Shown here: positions 30,558 to 41,214 of the stretch, one piece after another
Numbering within the stretch: the stretch's first letter is position 1
Layout: the number at the start of each line of letters is the position of its first letter
NCBI GenBank assembly: GCA_052168235.1
Contig: JBQLZK010000021.1
Span: 31,620-95,619, forward strand
Direction: 5' to 3'
From: Thainema sp.
GTDB lineage: Bacteria; Cyanobacteriota; Cyanobacteriia; Phormidesmidales; Phormidesmidaceae
Length of the DNA stretch: 64,000 nt
Translations under genes and position numbers: made by a program
Notes under the pieces: model-generated
What the model saw: the letters and a program-made list of their open reading frames with translations, nothing else
Told to the model about the DNA's origin: nothing
Databases searched by the model: none

Positions 30558-32525
30558 CTATTTAGAAACACCGATCAATTTTCTTTGTACTAATCGGCTA
30601 CGACGTATTTTGTTAAGCAAGCGAGTAGCGAGTGCTTTATATTCAAAGGGTTTAGTGATATAGTCATCCGCTCCAGAGCTATAGACCTGCTGAAGCGTCC
30701 TACAATCACTTTGAGCACTTAAAAATACAATAGGTAGAGCATCCCACTGGCAGTCGCTACGAATAACTCGGCAAAGCTCAATTCCTCTAATCCTAGGCAT
30801 TTCAACATCCAATAACACGAGATCTGGTTTAGTTTGAGGCAACGTATTCCATAACTGTTCAGGATTGCTCAGAGCTGTCACTTGTATACCCCAGCGCGAA
30901 AGTTGTTGCTCAAGCGCTCTAAGTACCATTAAGTCATCATCAACTGCTAAAACGTGGTAATGGGTGGGAAAATAGCAACTACATTTCTCAAGCATCTTAT
31001 CCAAAAGGTGTTGAGCTGTTACGGATGGGGATAGAAAAGTGTATTGACAAGAACGAGCTAGCTTTAAACGCACCTGAAATGTGTTTTGACAAGACAAAAT
31101 GAATATTAATAAATCGGGAAAAGCTTCAGACACTTTCTCTAGAAAAGACGAGATCGGTACCATATTGGCAAAGCCTACTATGTCTAGGAGTAACACATCA
31201 GGGGGCCGTTGAGCTAAGCGATGGACAAACTGTTGTTGGGCCTGATCAAGATCCGTTACTTGAGTAATCTGTAATGTTTTAGGTGCAATATCAACTAATG
31301 CTCTTATTAATTCATCCGAAGTAGAAACAACTAAAAGCGAAATCATCTGTTGTTCGAGACAATCAGAAAAAATTGCATTTATCCGGATTCCGCTTTCGAT
31401 TTGGCAGGCTGACGGAATTTTATTTACTTTTATAAGCACAGCCTCTAGATTTTGGCTGAGTTGTGAAATCCATTTGCAAAGCTGACATGGATTTGAAATA
31501 ACTGAGGATTGGCTGAGACATGTCTCAATTTTCTTACTAAGGTTAGATTCTTCCTGCAAGCCAAACATCCCCAGAGAACCAACAAGTTTATGAGCAGCTT
31601 GTTGTGCCTGCTGATGCAGTGTACTGGGTAAAGCACCTATCTCTTGCAGTGTCTCAGCGGCTTCCTGCAAAGTGGCCAGACGAGCAGCAATTACATCACT
31701 AAATTGACTCAAAGTTGCGATCGCAGCTGCTCTAGCCGCTTCGACTTTTTCGTTTACAGCTATAGATGCAGTTGATAAATTGCTGTCTTGATCGGCTCGA
31801 TCAGCTGAATTAATCGCATCAGTGCTCTCAGCACTCGCTGCAATCAATTGATCAGGAGGTGGCATCAAGCGATAGCCCATGCCATATACGTTTTCGATAA
31901 CATCTTCAGCCCCAGCCGATTTTAACTTGCGGCGCAACCGTTTAATATGGGTACGAATGGTTTCATCACCTGGCGTTTCGTCAAATCCCCAAAGTCTTTC
32001 TAGTAGCATAGCGTTGCTGAAAATTCTCTGTGGATTACGGAGAAACAGCTCTAATAGACCGTACTCTTTGGGTGATAGCGTAATCTCTTGGTCAGCTAAG
32101 GTAATCTGGCAGGTGCTTGGGTTTAGCTGCAACGTGCCCCACTGTAAAATCGGAGCGGTTGTTTCCCGTGGTCGGCGTAAGAGTGCTCTAATGCGAGCCG
32201 TCAGTTCTTCAGTTGTGCAGGGCTTCACGACATAGTCATCAGCACCGGAATCAAGTCCTATAACTTTAGAGTGAGCATCATCTTGGGCCGTTAAGAGTAA
32301 AATAGCTCCCTTATAATCAGCATCACGCAACTGTCGACACAGTGAAATGCCGTCTAATCCTGGCAGATTGATATCCAGGACAATCAAATCATACAAAGTG
32401 GCTTGAGCATATTCCCAACCTTGTTCTCCATCTGTGACTGATTCAACGGTATAGTTTTGGCAGGCCAGGCTAGTGGCTATAGCGGCTATAAAGATTTCAT
32501 CATCTTCAACTAAGAGAATTTTCAT
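30558..32525 (-). CDS. RcaC-like multidomain response regulator (REC-wHTH-Hpt-pseudoREC-REC)
   Basis: MKILLVEDD REC; OmpR-type wHTH (LSPKEYGLLELFLRNP, IRTHIKRLRRKL, VYGMGY); Hpt AHKLVGSLG; C-terminal REC LLDVEMP. Alternative start at 32555. Confidence 0.88.
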   Translation of the reverse strand: MKILLVEDDEIFIAAIATSLACQNYTVESVTDGEQGWEYAQATLYDLIVLDINLPGLDGISLCRQLRDADYKGAILLLTAQDDAHSKVIGLDSGADDYVVKPCTTEELTARIRALLRRPRETTAPILQWGTLQLNPSTCQITLADQEITLSPKEYGLLELFLRNPQRIFSNAMLLERLWGFDETPGDETIRTHIKRLRRKLKSAGAEDVIENVYGMGYRLMPPPDQLIAASAESTDAINSADRADQDSNLSTASIAVNEKVEAARAAAIATLSQFSDVIAARLATLQEAAETLQEIGALPSTLHQQAQQAAHKLVGSLGMFGLQEESNLSKKIETCLSQSSVISNPCQLCKWISQLSQNLEAVLIKVNKIPSACQIESGIRINAIFSDCLEQQMISLLVVSTSDELIRALVDIAPKTLQITQVTDLDQAQQQFVHRLAQRPPDVLLLDIVGFANMVPISSFLEKVSEAFPDLLIFILSCQNTFQVRLKLARSCQYTFLSPSVTAQHLLDKMLEKCSCYFPTHYHVLAVDDDLMVLRALEQQLSRWGIQVTALSNPEQLWNTLPQTKPDLVLLDVEMPRIRGIELCRVIRSDCQWDALPIVFLSAQSDCRTLQQVYSSGADDYITKPFEYKALATRLLNKIRRSRLVQRKLIGVSK

Positions 32526-32589
32526 TGCGCTGACTAAATTAGCGATTTGAGCCACCTATTGGCTACAGAAAACAAGAGATTCTGGTTTA

Positions 32590-32603
32590 TATTACCCATT
32601 TCC
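32590..32603 (-). promoter_or_regulatory. GGAAATGGGTAATA motif, copy 2
   Basis: Exact match to 27988-28001; about 65 nt upstream of the RcaC-like ATG. Confidence 0.45.
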
Positions 32604-32712
32604 TACAACCAAAATATTTTTCTTGCCCTATTACGACGCTACCGCTTAAAGAAAATAGCATATTGTTTGGCAAGCCCTGCTTTGTGCGGCTTGCCAAACA
32701 ATATGCGGCCTA

Positions 32713-33630
32713 TTACGGCAATTCCACGGATGTGGGTTTAGCAATATGCGGTAGGCCCCAACCCAACTTTTCTCGAAGCACACGGAAAAACTCCGGCTGC
32801 TGCAAACGAACAAATCGAGCTATGTATTTTGAGCGAACTACCATGACGCGATCACCCGCCGAAATATAGCAGCCTGCATTACCATCCACCACCATCACTA
32901 ACTGCTGCGGATTGGCCGAATAGACAGTGACAGGTTCGCTATCCGGAAAAACTAATGCCCGCGACGCTAACGAATGGGGACAAATTGGAATCAGCTGCAT
33001 CACAGATACACCAGGTGCAATCACTGGGCCACCTGCCGATAGAGAATAGGCAGTTGATCCTGTAGGCGTTGAAATAATCACCCCATCTGCCGCAATATCA
33101 ACAGGTGCATGGTTTCCGATCGCAACTTCAAAATGGCACATGCTGGTCAGCGGTTCACGATGAAGCACCATTTCATTCAAACAAAGAGCTTCCCATACCA
33201 GCTTGTCCTGTTGCCACACTTCAACCGTCAGCATGGCTCGCTCTTCTAGCTGAAATGAACCAGCCAAAACCTGTTCAATGGCCTGGGGCAACTGATTAAG
33301 GTACGTTTCTGTCAAAAAACCCATGTGCCCTGTATTAACAGTCAGCAGAGGAATATCGACAGGAGCAAGCTGACGGCAGGCAGACAGCACCGTACCGTCA
33401 CCACCCAGCACAATCGCAAACTCCATATCAGAGTCAAAGTGGGGAGGAGTGAGACTTTCGATCGGCGTGTGGCAAATTGGTCGCTCAGGGCTGGAGTAGC
33501 CAAGAATGCCGCCAATTCCCGTTGCCACGTGAGTATCCCAACCGTCCGCCTTGAGACGAGTTGCTAAGTCTTGAGCGGCTCGGCAAGCAATAGGTTTAAC
33601 GTCGTTGTAGATAATGCCAGCTTTCGGCAC
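32713..33630 (-). CDS. nadK: NAD(+) kinase
   Basis: GGDGT, NE motif, [20 protein letters not shown]. Confidence 0.95.
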   Translation of the reverse strand: MPKAGIIYNDVKPIACRAAQDLATRLKADGWDTHVATGIGGILGYSSPERPICHTPIESLTPPHFDSDMEFAIVLGGDGTVLSACRQLAPVDIPLLTVNTGHMGFLTETYLNQLPQAIEQVLAGSFQLEERAMLTVEVWQQDKLVWEALCLNEMVLHREPLTSMCHFEVAIGNHAPVDIAADGVIISTPTGSTAYSLSAGGPVIAPGVSVMQLIPICPHSLASRALVFPDSEPVTVYSANPQQLVMVVDGNAGCYISAGDRVMVVRSKYIARFVRLQQPEFFRVLREKLGWGLPHIAKPTSVELP

Positions 33631-33768
33631 ATTCAGCGTCCGCAGGTCGATTTACTGAAAGATACAATAGCACTTCTATGCCTTGCTATTGTATCGAAGG
33701 GGGTAGATTCTTGAGAACAAAAGCTGCACAGCAGCTCTCTTAGAACTTCCTTGGATTGGCAAAAAGAG

Positions 33769-34731
33769 CTAGAAGGGAAACTTCTTCTTTCTGGACTTGC
33801 CGCTCTCATAATTCAGTTCCTTTAGTTTTCTCATAATACGACTAAAGTACTCTTGCAAATACTCTTCCAGCGTCGTTGTTTCCTTTGGATCAATCTGGAA
33901 GACCTCATAGACTTCCTCCATGGGGGCATCCAGAGGTTTACCGGTAGCAACAACTTCCGTAAAAGCCAGCCGATCGGCTAGATTTTGTCCCCACTGGAAA
34001 AAGCGAGCCACGCGCCGTACACCTCGCAGTAGGCCAAGCGGCATTTGAGAAATCTTAGCGGTCTGCCCAGATAATCGTTCGCATAGACGAATAATTTCGT
34101 ACGCTGTCCAAGCACGTGTGCCAACAAGAGGAAATGAGCGATTTTCAGTCTCAGGAATTGAGAGCGCCTTAACCGCAAACTTGGCAATATCCTGAGTGTT
34201 CATATAAGCCGTAGGTGCTGTCTCACCTGTGACCCACACCGCCTGATTCTCCAGGATAGGAATTGCATACTGACCAATCAACCCCTGAAGGAAACCACAG
34301 GGCTTGAGAATCGTGTATTTGAGACCCGATTCAGCCAAGAAGTCCTCAGTGCAGTGCTTGATATCCATCAGCGGCACATCTGGAAACTTCTCAGAATTGA
34401 GGATTGAGATGAAGACAAAGCGCTCAACCTTCGCTTCAGATGCAGCTTGGATTAAATTAACTTTGCCCTCCCAATCAACCTGACGAATGGAGAGGGAATC
34501 TGTTGGTCGAGCTGTTGCAGCATCAATTACAGCCGTCACGCCTTCAAATGCAGGTGGGAGGGTTTCAGGCTGGCAGAGGTCAGCTTTAACCAACTCTGCG
34601 CCCCATTCCCGGAGGAACGCGGCTCGGCGAAAACTTCGCACGAGACAGCGCACCTGATATCCCTCATCAAGAGCATGACGGGCAATTTGCCTTCCTAATG
34701 TGCCAGTCGCACCAACGATTAGTAAAGTCAT
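33769..34731 (-). CDS. ycf39: Ycf39/HCF244 atypical SDR, PSII assembly factor
   Basis: GATGTLGRQ, FLREWGAELV, VDWEGKVNLIQAA, LIGQYAIPILE and DRLAF are the hallmarks of Ycf39. Confidence 0.9.
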   Translation of the reverse strand: MTLLIVGATGTLGRQIARHALDEGYQVRCLVRSFRRAAFLREWGAELVKADLCQPETLPPAFEGVTAVIDAATARPTDSLSIRQVDWEGKVNLIQAASEAKVERFVFISILNSEKFPDVPLMDIKHCTEDFLAESGLKYTILKPCGFLQGLIGQYAIPILENQAVWVTGETAPTAYMNTQDIAKFAVKALSIPETENRSFPLVGTRAWTAYEIIRLCERLSGQTAKISQMPLGLLRGVRRVARFFQWGQNLADRLAFTEVVATGKPLDAPMEEVYEVFQIDPKETTTLEEYLQEYFSRIMRKLKELNYESGKSRKKKFPF

Positions 34732-35049
34732 GAGGGATAAAGATGTTTTCTAAACGTAAACTTTTGATAAGATTTTATCAGAAAGCAGCGGCAAACTTCT
34801 CATAAAATTGCCGGAATTTGAAAAATTTGTTTACGACCTCTACCACTATTCGGTACAGAGCGACCTGTTGAGGGTAAGCACCTGCTGCCAAATTCCTCCT
34901 GTAGCAGTCGCCACATCAGTTAAGACATTAAGAAACAAAGAAAGCTCTTGAAGCCTGAGGTTGGCGAGGTTGGACCTCAACTGACCGCAGTCTGTCAAGA
35001 GCTTTCTGCGTACGTGCAAGTGCTGTTAATTAGGAAAGGATTACCCTAT

Positions 35050-35154
35050 TTATTCTTCGCCACCCTGGAGTCGCAGCATTAGGAAACCGACTCCTAGCCC
35101 AACCAAAATCAGCGTGAATGATAGAATTGCCGCGTTAAAAATTTCTCCGCCCAT
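35050..35154 (-). CDS. petM: Cytochrome b6f subunit PetM (missed by the ORF track)
   Basis: Manual translation MGGEIFNAAILSFTLILVGLGVGFLMLRLQGGEE*; AAGGAG RBS upstream. Confidence 0.93.
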   Translation of the reverse strand: MGGEIFNAAILSFTLILVGLGVGFLMLRLQGGEE

Positions 35155-35322
35155 CGGTTTAAAGATTCTCCTTATTTAGTGGTCATTAACTTAGCGATTT
35201 ATGAGTGGTGCAAGACCCTCAACCCTTTTAGTACTCTGATTTTTGATTTGCTGCTAAGTTCCGTCGCTAAGTATTTTAGAACAGTTTGATCCCCTTATTG
35301 GAATGCACCTTGCGGATCGCGG

Positions 35323-37920
35323 TTATTCCTTAGTCGATGAGTTGCCTGCTGCGGGTTCTGGAGGAGGTGGACTCTTGGGAGGTGCAGGTATAGCAGGCTC
35401 TGGCGGTGGCGCAACGGGTGCGGGAGCCGTCGGTGGTGGTGGCTCAACAGCAGCAGGGGCCACCGGTGCAGGGGCCGTTGGTGGCATTGGAATCGGCTCA
35501 GGAGCAGCAGGTGCTGGGTCAGGTGCAGGAGGTGGAGCAGGTTCAGCGTTGCTACCGCCGGATGGAGGAGCAGGTTCCTGACTGGCCGGAGCTGGTGTTT
35601 GAGGTGGAGCTTTGGGGGTGCTGAGATCGCGTTCTGGCGTTGGCACTTTGTCCCGATTAGAACTGCCGCTGCGCTGGGATGAGGAACCAGAAGAGCGACT
35701 GCGATCGCGTTCTTCACCCCCACCGGAATAGCCAGAAGACTCTGACTCATCCTCATCGCTCGACGAGTAGGAACGGCTGCGACTCGGCGTGTCGTCATCG
35801 TCGTCATCGTCGCTGCTGCTAGAACTCGCTTTTGCCGCTGTTACCCGACCGGGCTTGACGGGCTGAGCTTCAATCGTGCCTTCGCGGTTCAGGTTAGGAC
35901 GTTCAGGAAAATCTTCTACTTCCATGCCGTCAACAACATCCCGCATAAACAGCCGCCAGGTCGCTGCTGCCGTGCTGCTAGCGCCCCAGGTGGGACTGCT
36001 GTCGTCATTACCCAGCCACACGCCTGTCACAACTTGAGGGATGTAGCCAACAAACCATAGATCTCGATTGCGCTCAGACGTACCGGTTTTACCGGCAACG
36101 GGGCGATCAATTGCGGCTCGGCTACCCGTACCGCCCTGCACAACCCCTTGCAGCATCCAGGTGACGATTGCCGCTGATTCAGCATCAACGGCCCGCTCTG
36201 GCTTCAATTCGTCAGAGGCATCGTAAATCACGTCGCCATAGCGATTGTAAATCTTCAAAATTGCCCGAGGCTTGTGGTGCATACCTTCCGCCGCCAGGGT
36301 GCCATAGGCCCCAGTCAGCTCCAGTAGAGTAACCTCAGACGCACCCAGAGCCAGCGAGTAGGTTGGCAGCAGCTCAGATTCAACGCCCATCCGGTTGGCC
36401 ATGTCGATGACGGTTTGAAAGCCAACATCGACTAGAACCTTAACGGCCACGATGTTCACTGATTTGGTTAGGGCTTCCCGCATTGAGACGTTGCCGCTGT
36501 AGCTGCCGCCGTAGTTTTTCGGTTCATAGCCATCTACAACATACTTGGCATCAGCGTAAGTTTTGTAGGGGGAAAAGCCAGCTGCGATCGCAGTTGTATA
36601 CACAAAAGCTTTGAACGTCGAACCCGGTTGGCGCTGGGCTTGGGTGGCGCGGTTGAACTGGCTGTCACCAAACTCGGTGCCACCGGCTAGGGCTTTAATC
36701 TGCCCGTTACGCGGATCAATCGAAACTAAAGCAGCCTGTTCAAAACGTTGTCCGCCTCCCCAACGATCAACGGCTTCCTTCACGACTTCTTCCGCCTTCT
36801 GCTGCCAGACCGGATTCATGGTCGTTTCGACAGTCAGACCGCCCACCTCAATCTCTTCAGGAGAGAGAATTTCGTTTAGCTGCTGCTGGACATAAGAGGT
36901 GAAGTACGGGTGGGAGCTATAGAGATTTTTAGGCGCACTATGGTTGAGGTCAAGCGGAGACGCAACAGCCTGATCTGCCTCTGCGGCTGAGATAAAGCCA
37001 TCTGCTTCCATCCGGCGCAAGACTAAGTTACGCCGCGTTAGAGCTGCGTCCGGATTGACCATCGGCGAATATTCGCTGGGTGCTGGTGCTAAGCCTGCAA
37101 TCATCGCCATTTCAGGCAAGGTGAGCTGATCGACTGGCTTGCTGAAGTAGACCCAAGCAGCATCAGCCACGCCGTAGGCTCCCGATCCTAAATACACCAG
37201 ATTAAGATAGCGCTCTAGAATACTGGCTTTGCTCAGATCACGCTCAATCTTGCGAGCTAGCATCACTTCTCGCAGTTTCCGCTCATAGGTGCGATCCTGA
37301 TCGAGAAAGACAATCCGAGCCAGCTGCTGCGTGATGGTGCTCGCACCTTCAACCACCTCACGCTCTCGTAGGTTGGCATAAGCAGCACGGGCAATACCTT
37401 GAAAATCTATGCCTCTATGGTCATAAAAACGGCGATCTTCCGATGCAATAAATGCCTGTGCCATCTGTTCAGGCATATTGTCGAAGGTGACCTTATCGCG
37501 GGTAGCCGGACCAATGTACTGCAAGACCGAACCGTCTGCAGCCTTAATCGTCATCGTGCCATCGCGAGCGTAGCTATTGACTTCCGCGACATCAGGCAGA
37601 TTGGCTTCAAGCGTGGAAACGTAGCGGTAGGCTTGAGTGCTTGAGCTGGTCACCACAGCTCCCATCGCCATCAAAATCCACAGTCCCCAGCGCTGATAAA
37701 TTGGCTTGCGGGGTCGCAAGAAGCGGCGACCATCCCGACGCCTCTTACCAGAGGGAACATTACCAGCGGGAACATTACCTGTGTTCTCTGTGTCCTCAGC
37801 AGAAGCAGATGATGAATCAACGGACTTTGGCCGTGCAGGCGTCATAGAGGATTCCATCGCCTGATGAGCGTCGTTTGTTGATGAGGATGAGTTCCTCAAG
37901 CGTGAAATAAAATTTGCCAC
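35323..37920 (-). CDS. Class A penicillin-binding protein (PBP1A family) with S/D- and P/A-rich tail
   Basis: EDRRFYDH, GASTITQQL, RKLRE and YLN (transglycosylase); QPGSTFK, SVN and KTG (transpeptidase). Confidence 0.93.
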   Translation of the reverse strand: MANFISRLRNSSSSTNDAHQAMESSMTPARPKSVDSSSASAEDTENTGNVPAGNVPSGKRRRDGRRFLRPRKPIYQRWGLWILMAMGAVVTSSSTQAYRYVSTLEANLPDVAEVNSYARDGTMTIKAADGSVLQYIGPATRDKVTFDNMPEQMAQAFIASEDRRFYDHRGIDFQGIARAAYANLREREVVEGASTITQQLARIVFLDQDRTYERKLREVMLARKIERDLSKASILERYLNLVYLGSGAYGVADAAWVYFSKPVDQLTLPEMAMIAGLAPAPSEYSPMVNPDAALTRRNLVLRRMEADGFISAAEADQAVASPLDLNHSAPKNLYSSHPYFTSYVQQQLNEILSPEEIEVGGLTVETTMNPVWQQKAEEVVKEAVDRWGGGQRFEQAALVSIDPRNGQIKALAGGTEFGDSQFNRATQAQRQPGSTFKAFVYTTAIAAGFSPYKTYADAKYVVDGYEPKNYGGSYSGNVSMREALTKSVNIVAVKVLVDVGFQTVIDMANRMGVESELLPTYSLALGASEVTLLELTGAYGTLAAEGMHHKPRAILKIYNRYGDVIYDASDELKPERAVDAESAAIVTWMLQGVVQGGTGSRAAIDRPVAGKTGTSERNRDLWFVGYIPQVVTGVWLGNDDSSPTWGASSTAAATWRLFMRDVVDGMEVEDFPERPNLNREGTIEAQPVKPGRVTAAKASSSSSDDDDDDDTPSRSRSYSSSDEDESESSGYSGGGEERDRSRSSGSSSQRSGSSNRDKVPTPERDLSTPKAPPQTPAPASQEPAPPSGGSNAEPAPPPAPDPAPAAPEPIPMPPTAPAPVAPAAVEPPPPTAPAPVAPPPEPAIPAPPKSPPPPEPAAGNSSTKE

Positions 37921-38384
37921 GTTATCGCCTCACACGCCATCAAAAACACCACGATCTAAAACAGGGTAAACCTGCTAAATCATTTCATCAATGAGTCTCA
38001 TCAATGAAAAAACGAATCAAATTCATCTCGGGATCACGTACCTTTATAGGACTTTATACGCAGAAAGACCAATTTGGCTACTTTTTAAATTAAATTGCGA
38101 TCGCACTACAGCTCAACAATTTATCCAGATTCCTTGAAAAATAAAGTGTTTCCCCTTTGTTTTGAGAAAAAGAAAAATTCAAAATTGACAATAAACTTTG
38201 CGGACTACTCTTAGATTTCTTTTAGATTTTTAAATTTCGTTTCGAGCTGCTCTTAGAGTTCTATGTATAGGGTTCCAGAATGGATGGTTCTTAAAAGGCA
38301 TGATGTCAGTCAGTTAGTAAGCTCACCTCACAACAAGCATCATTAGCAGCGTCATTATCTGAATGCACTATCCTCAAATGTTCG

Positions 38385-38429
38385 AAAGAGTTGTGAAAAG
38401 TAAATCCACTCTACTTCTCACAACTCTTT
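38385..38429. terminator. Stem-loop downstream of chlG
   Basis: AAAGAGTTGTGAAAAGTA / TACTTCTCACAACTCTTT inverted repeat. Confidence 0.5.
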
Positions 38430-38517
38430 TAGGATGCTTTAGGAGACTGCTGAATTTGCTACATTGATTTGGAAAATACTAGCGCTCAGTAGCAGAAATT
38501 TAAACAGCACTGGGATA

Positions 38518-39561
38518 CTAGACACCCGCATGTCCAAGTGCTAAAGCAGTGACCAACATGCCAAAAACGAGAAATGGCTGAGCACTAGCCTGATATTTCA
38601 CGTCGTTTTCTAGCGGATCGCGTAGAAAATACATGTCTTGAAACGTAATCTGAGGAATGACCAGCAAAATCAGCAGCACTGCATAGAGATTTTGCTGAAT
38701 ATTCATCAAATAGCCTGCAATTCCCAGTTGAAAAATATCGATCATCAGCACGCAAATCCAAGCCGCTGTGCCGATACCAAACATTACAGGCAGAGACTTG
38801 AGCCCCAATCGGCGATCGCCTTCAACGCTCTTGAAGTCGTTGACGACCGCAATCCCTAGACCCGCGAAGCTGTAAATCAGCGTCAGTACCACAATCGTGG
38901 GATTCAAATCGCCAAAGAGTGCATGACCCGCCCACCAGGGTAGAGCAATATAGCTGGCACCTAGAGCATAGTTACCTAACCAGCCATTTTGCTTCAGCTT
39001 CAGCGGTGGAGCCGAGTAAATATAGGAGATGAACGAACCACCAATGGCCAAAACGGTGATCGTCGGAAACTCATGACCCGCCCACGTATCTAAGCCATAG
39101 GCCAAGGCGATACCTGCAACCAGCAGGACTAAAATTTGGGTGACAACCTGCGGAATAGAAATCGCGCCGGAGGGAATGGGACGATAGGGTTCGTTGATCG
39201 CATCAATTTCGCGATCGTAAAAGTCGTTGAGCGTTTGGGTGTAGCCCGTGAGCAGTGGCCCGGATAGCAACATACAGGCTGCCGCAATCAGGACATACTC
39301 AAATTTCCAAACGTATCCGCCGGAAGAAGCTGCACCGCAGACCACACCCCAAATCAGGGGAATCCAGGTAATCGGCTTCATCAACTGGAGGCGAATTTTC
39401 CAGATGGAGGTTTCGCCCGGTTCAGCCCCTTTCATACCCAGCATCTGACGAGTTTTGCTGCCCCGCTTAGCCGTTGCCTCAGTGGTTGCAGCAGTCGTCG
39501 ATTCGGGGGTGACAGTAGAGGTGGACTCTTGAGAACGTTCAGGAGTATTGGATTCAGTCAT
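38518..39561 (-). CDS. chlG: Chlorophyll synthase
   Basis: WKIRLQLMKPITWIPLIWG, NDFYDREIDAINEPYRPIPSG, NDFKSVEGD. Confidence 0.97.
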   Translation of the reverse strand: MTESNTPERSQESTSTVTPESTTAATTEATAKRGSKTRQMLGMKGAEPGETSIWKIRLQLMKPITWIPLIWGVVCGAASSGGYVWKFEYVLIAAACMLLSGPLLTGYTQTLNDFYDREIDAINEPYRPIPSGAISIPQVVTQILVLLVAGIALAYGLDTWAGHEFPTITVLAIGGSFISYIYSAPPLKLKQNGWLGNYALGASYIALPWWAGHALFGDLNPTIVVLTLIYSFAGLGIAVVNDFKSVEGDRRLGLKSLPVMFGIGTAAWICVLMIDIFQLGIAGYLMNIQQNLYAVLLILLVIPQITFQDMYFLRDPLENDVKYQASAQPFLVFGMLVTALALGHAGV

Positions 39562-39686
39562 AGCGCCTAACTGCCTAGCAGCAATTCAATCTTAGAACGA
39601 TGGTGATGATATTTAGGTCATGCTTTTATAGGGTATGGCATAGCTACTACCCTACAAAAACGGATAAACCCGTGATTTCTGATGAA

Positions 39687-40787
39687 CTAGAACGAAATAA
39701 TTAAGTAGCCATCTTGGAATTTGGCTCCAGTGACTTGGCGACCACTGAGTCCATCAGGTAGCCACAAATTGCGGCGCTGATCGCCAGCCTCAATGGTCAC
39801 TTCTGGCCCGTACTGGGTCAACTTGACCTGTCGCTTATCGAAACTGGGCAAGAACAGCCGCACCTGCTTGCTGGCCGTATCAATCGTTACTGGCTTAGGT
39901 GCTTGTGCCGCTTTGGAAAAGTCGGGTAGGGCACTGATTAGCGGCTGCCAGTCTACATCAGATTGGGTGGGGATGGCGCTGATGGGCAAGGGAGCAAAGG
40001 GAGCAGTGTCAATTTGAGTATTGCTAGATTGATTGAGCAGAACACCGCCCACCGTTAAGCCTACCTGCTGGGCACTACCCCATAGATAAGCTGCAGTTGC
40101 GATCGCAACTGGATCGTCGGTCGTCACCAGATAAGCCGCGACGCGATTGGGATCGGTAACTGCTTTTTTGCCGTCATCCAGGATGTTGTTCATCTCGTTG
40201 GTCGGCTGCTGGTTGAAGATATCGTTGCCCGACCAGTTGACGTTCAGCACCGCACTGCTGACGGGTTGAATAAACGGAGAGAGCGATCTCCAAAATTCCG
40301 ATTCTGTGAACACTTTACGGAAGCGACGCACATACCAGCTCAGAATTTCGGGCATCCCCAACATGCGCAGCGTGGCCTGATCGCCCGCTCCGTCGTACAC
40401 AATTACGTCGTAACGGTTGCTGGCATCGTATTCCCGTAGCGCATTGAGGGCGAGCGCGCTGTCCATACCGGGCAGCACCCCAAGTTCCTGGCCATAGACC
40501 TCTTTGAAGAAAGGCGTTTTGACGTATTGAGCTTCTAGCTTCTTGACTTCTTCCCAACTGCGCTCCAGCAGCGTGGCTGAGCGGAACTGCACGGCCTGTA
40601 GATTCGGTTCTACCTCTTGTGGATCAACGCCTAGCTCAGTGTTGAGCATCAGCCCTAATCCGGGACCAGCGCTTTGACTGGCCAGGAGAACCCGTTTTCC
40701 CTGCTGGGCAAAGTGTTTGGCCGCTGCGATCGCAAGTGTGGTGCGTCCGGTGCCGCCTTTTCCCAAGAATGTCAGAATAAAAGCCAT
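39687..40787 (-). CDS. ArsA/Get3-family ATPase with C-terminal alpha-crystallin-like domain
   Basis: [10 protein letters not shown]-loop, [18 protein letters not shown]-terminal [24 protein letters not shown]. Confidence 0.88.
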   Translation of the reverse strand: MAFILTFLGKGGTGRTTLAIAAAKHFAQQGKRVLLASQSAGPGLGLMLNTELGVDPQEVEPNLQAVQFRSATLLERSWEEVKKLEAQYVKTPFFKEVYGQELGVLPGMDSALALNALREYDASNRYDVIVYDGAGDQATLRMLGMPEILSWYVRRFRKVFTESEFWRSLSPFIQPVSSAVLNVNWSGNDIFNQQPTNEMNNILDDGKKAVTDPNRVAAYLVTTDDPVAIATAAYLWGSAQQVGLTVGGVLLNQSSNTQIDTAPFAPLPISAIPTQSDVDWQPLISALPDFSKAAQAPKPVTIDTASKQVRLFLPSFDKRQVKLTQYGPEVTIEAGDQRRNLWLPDGLSGRQVTGAKFQDGYLIISF

Positions 40788-41022
40788 AACTTAATTCAAT
40801 ATGTGACCTGATAGGGATCGCTGCCGATACAGCGCTTCTCATACGGGTGGGTCACAAGCCTGTTTTTCACCGAAGGCGAGAAACAAGTTTATAAACCTCA
40901 CTCGGTTAAGAGCCGCAGTATTTGTACCCAATAAAAAATCGGCAAGGATGGAGCCTCAGCAAAATCGCTTGCCTCAACTTCTACCTTGCCGTGAATTAAA
41001 GGGCAAAGCAACTAGCCGATGG

Positions 41023-41214
41023 TTAGACAGACGCTAACTCATCCTCAAAAAACCAAGTCGTGAACTTATCGTCGAATTGAACGATAACCCCAATTTCTTT
41101 GCCATCCAAAACCCGATAGTCCCGGATCATGCCGGTTTGTCCTAGGCGATTGATGATATCTTGCGAAACCCGATCCCGAAGGCGACAAACTTTTACTTTC
41201 TGACCAATTTCCAT
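41023..41214 (-). CDS. petP: Cytochrome b6f subunit PetP (DUF2862)
   Basis: MEIGQKVKV.RLRDRV...TWFFEDEL signature. Confidence 0.85.
   Translation of the reverse strand: MEIGQKVKVCRLRDRVSQDIINRLGQTGMIRDYRVLDGKEIGVIVQFDDKFTTWFFEDELASV

Noticed and set aside
18743..32600. tRNA-anchored genomic island or prophage
   Set aside because: No integrase, no duplicated tRNA 3' end seen and no phage genes.
35295..35807. Alternative-frame and antisense ORFs over the PBP1A tail
   Set aside because: By-products of low-complexity GC-rich Pro/Ala codons.
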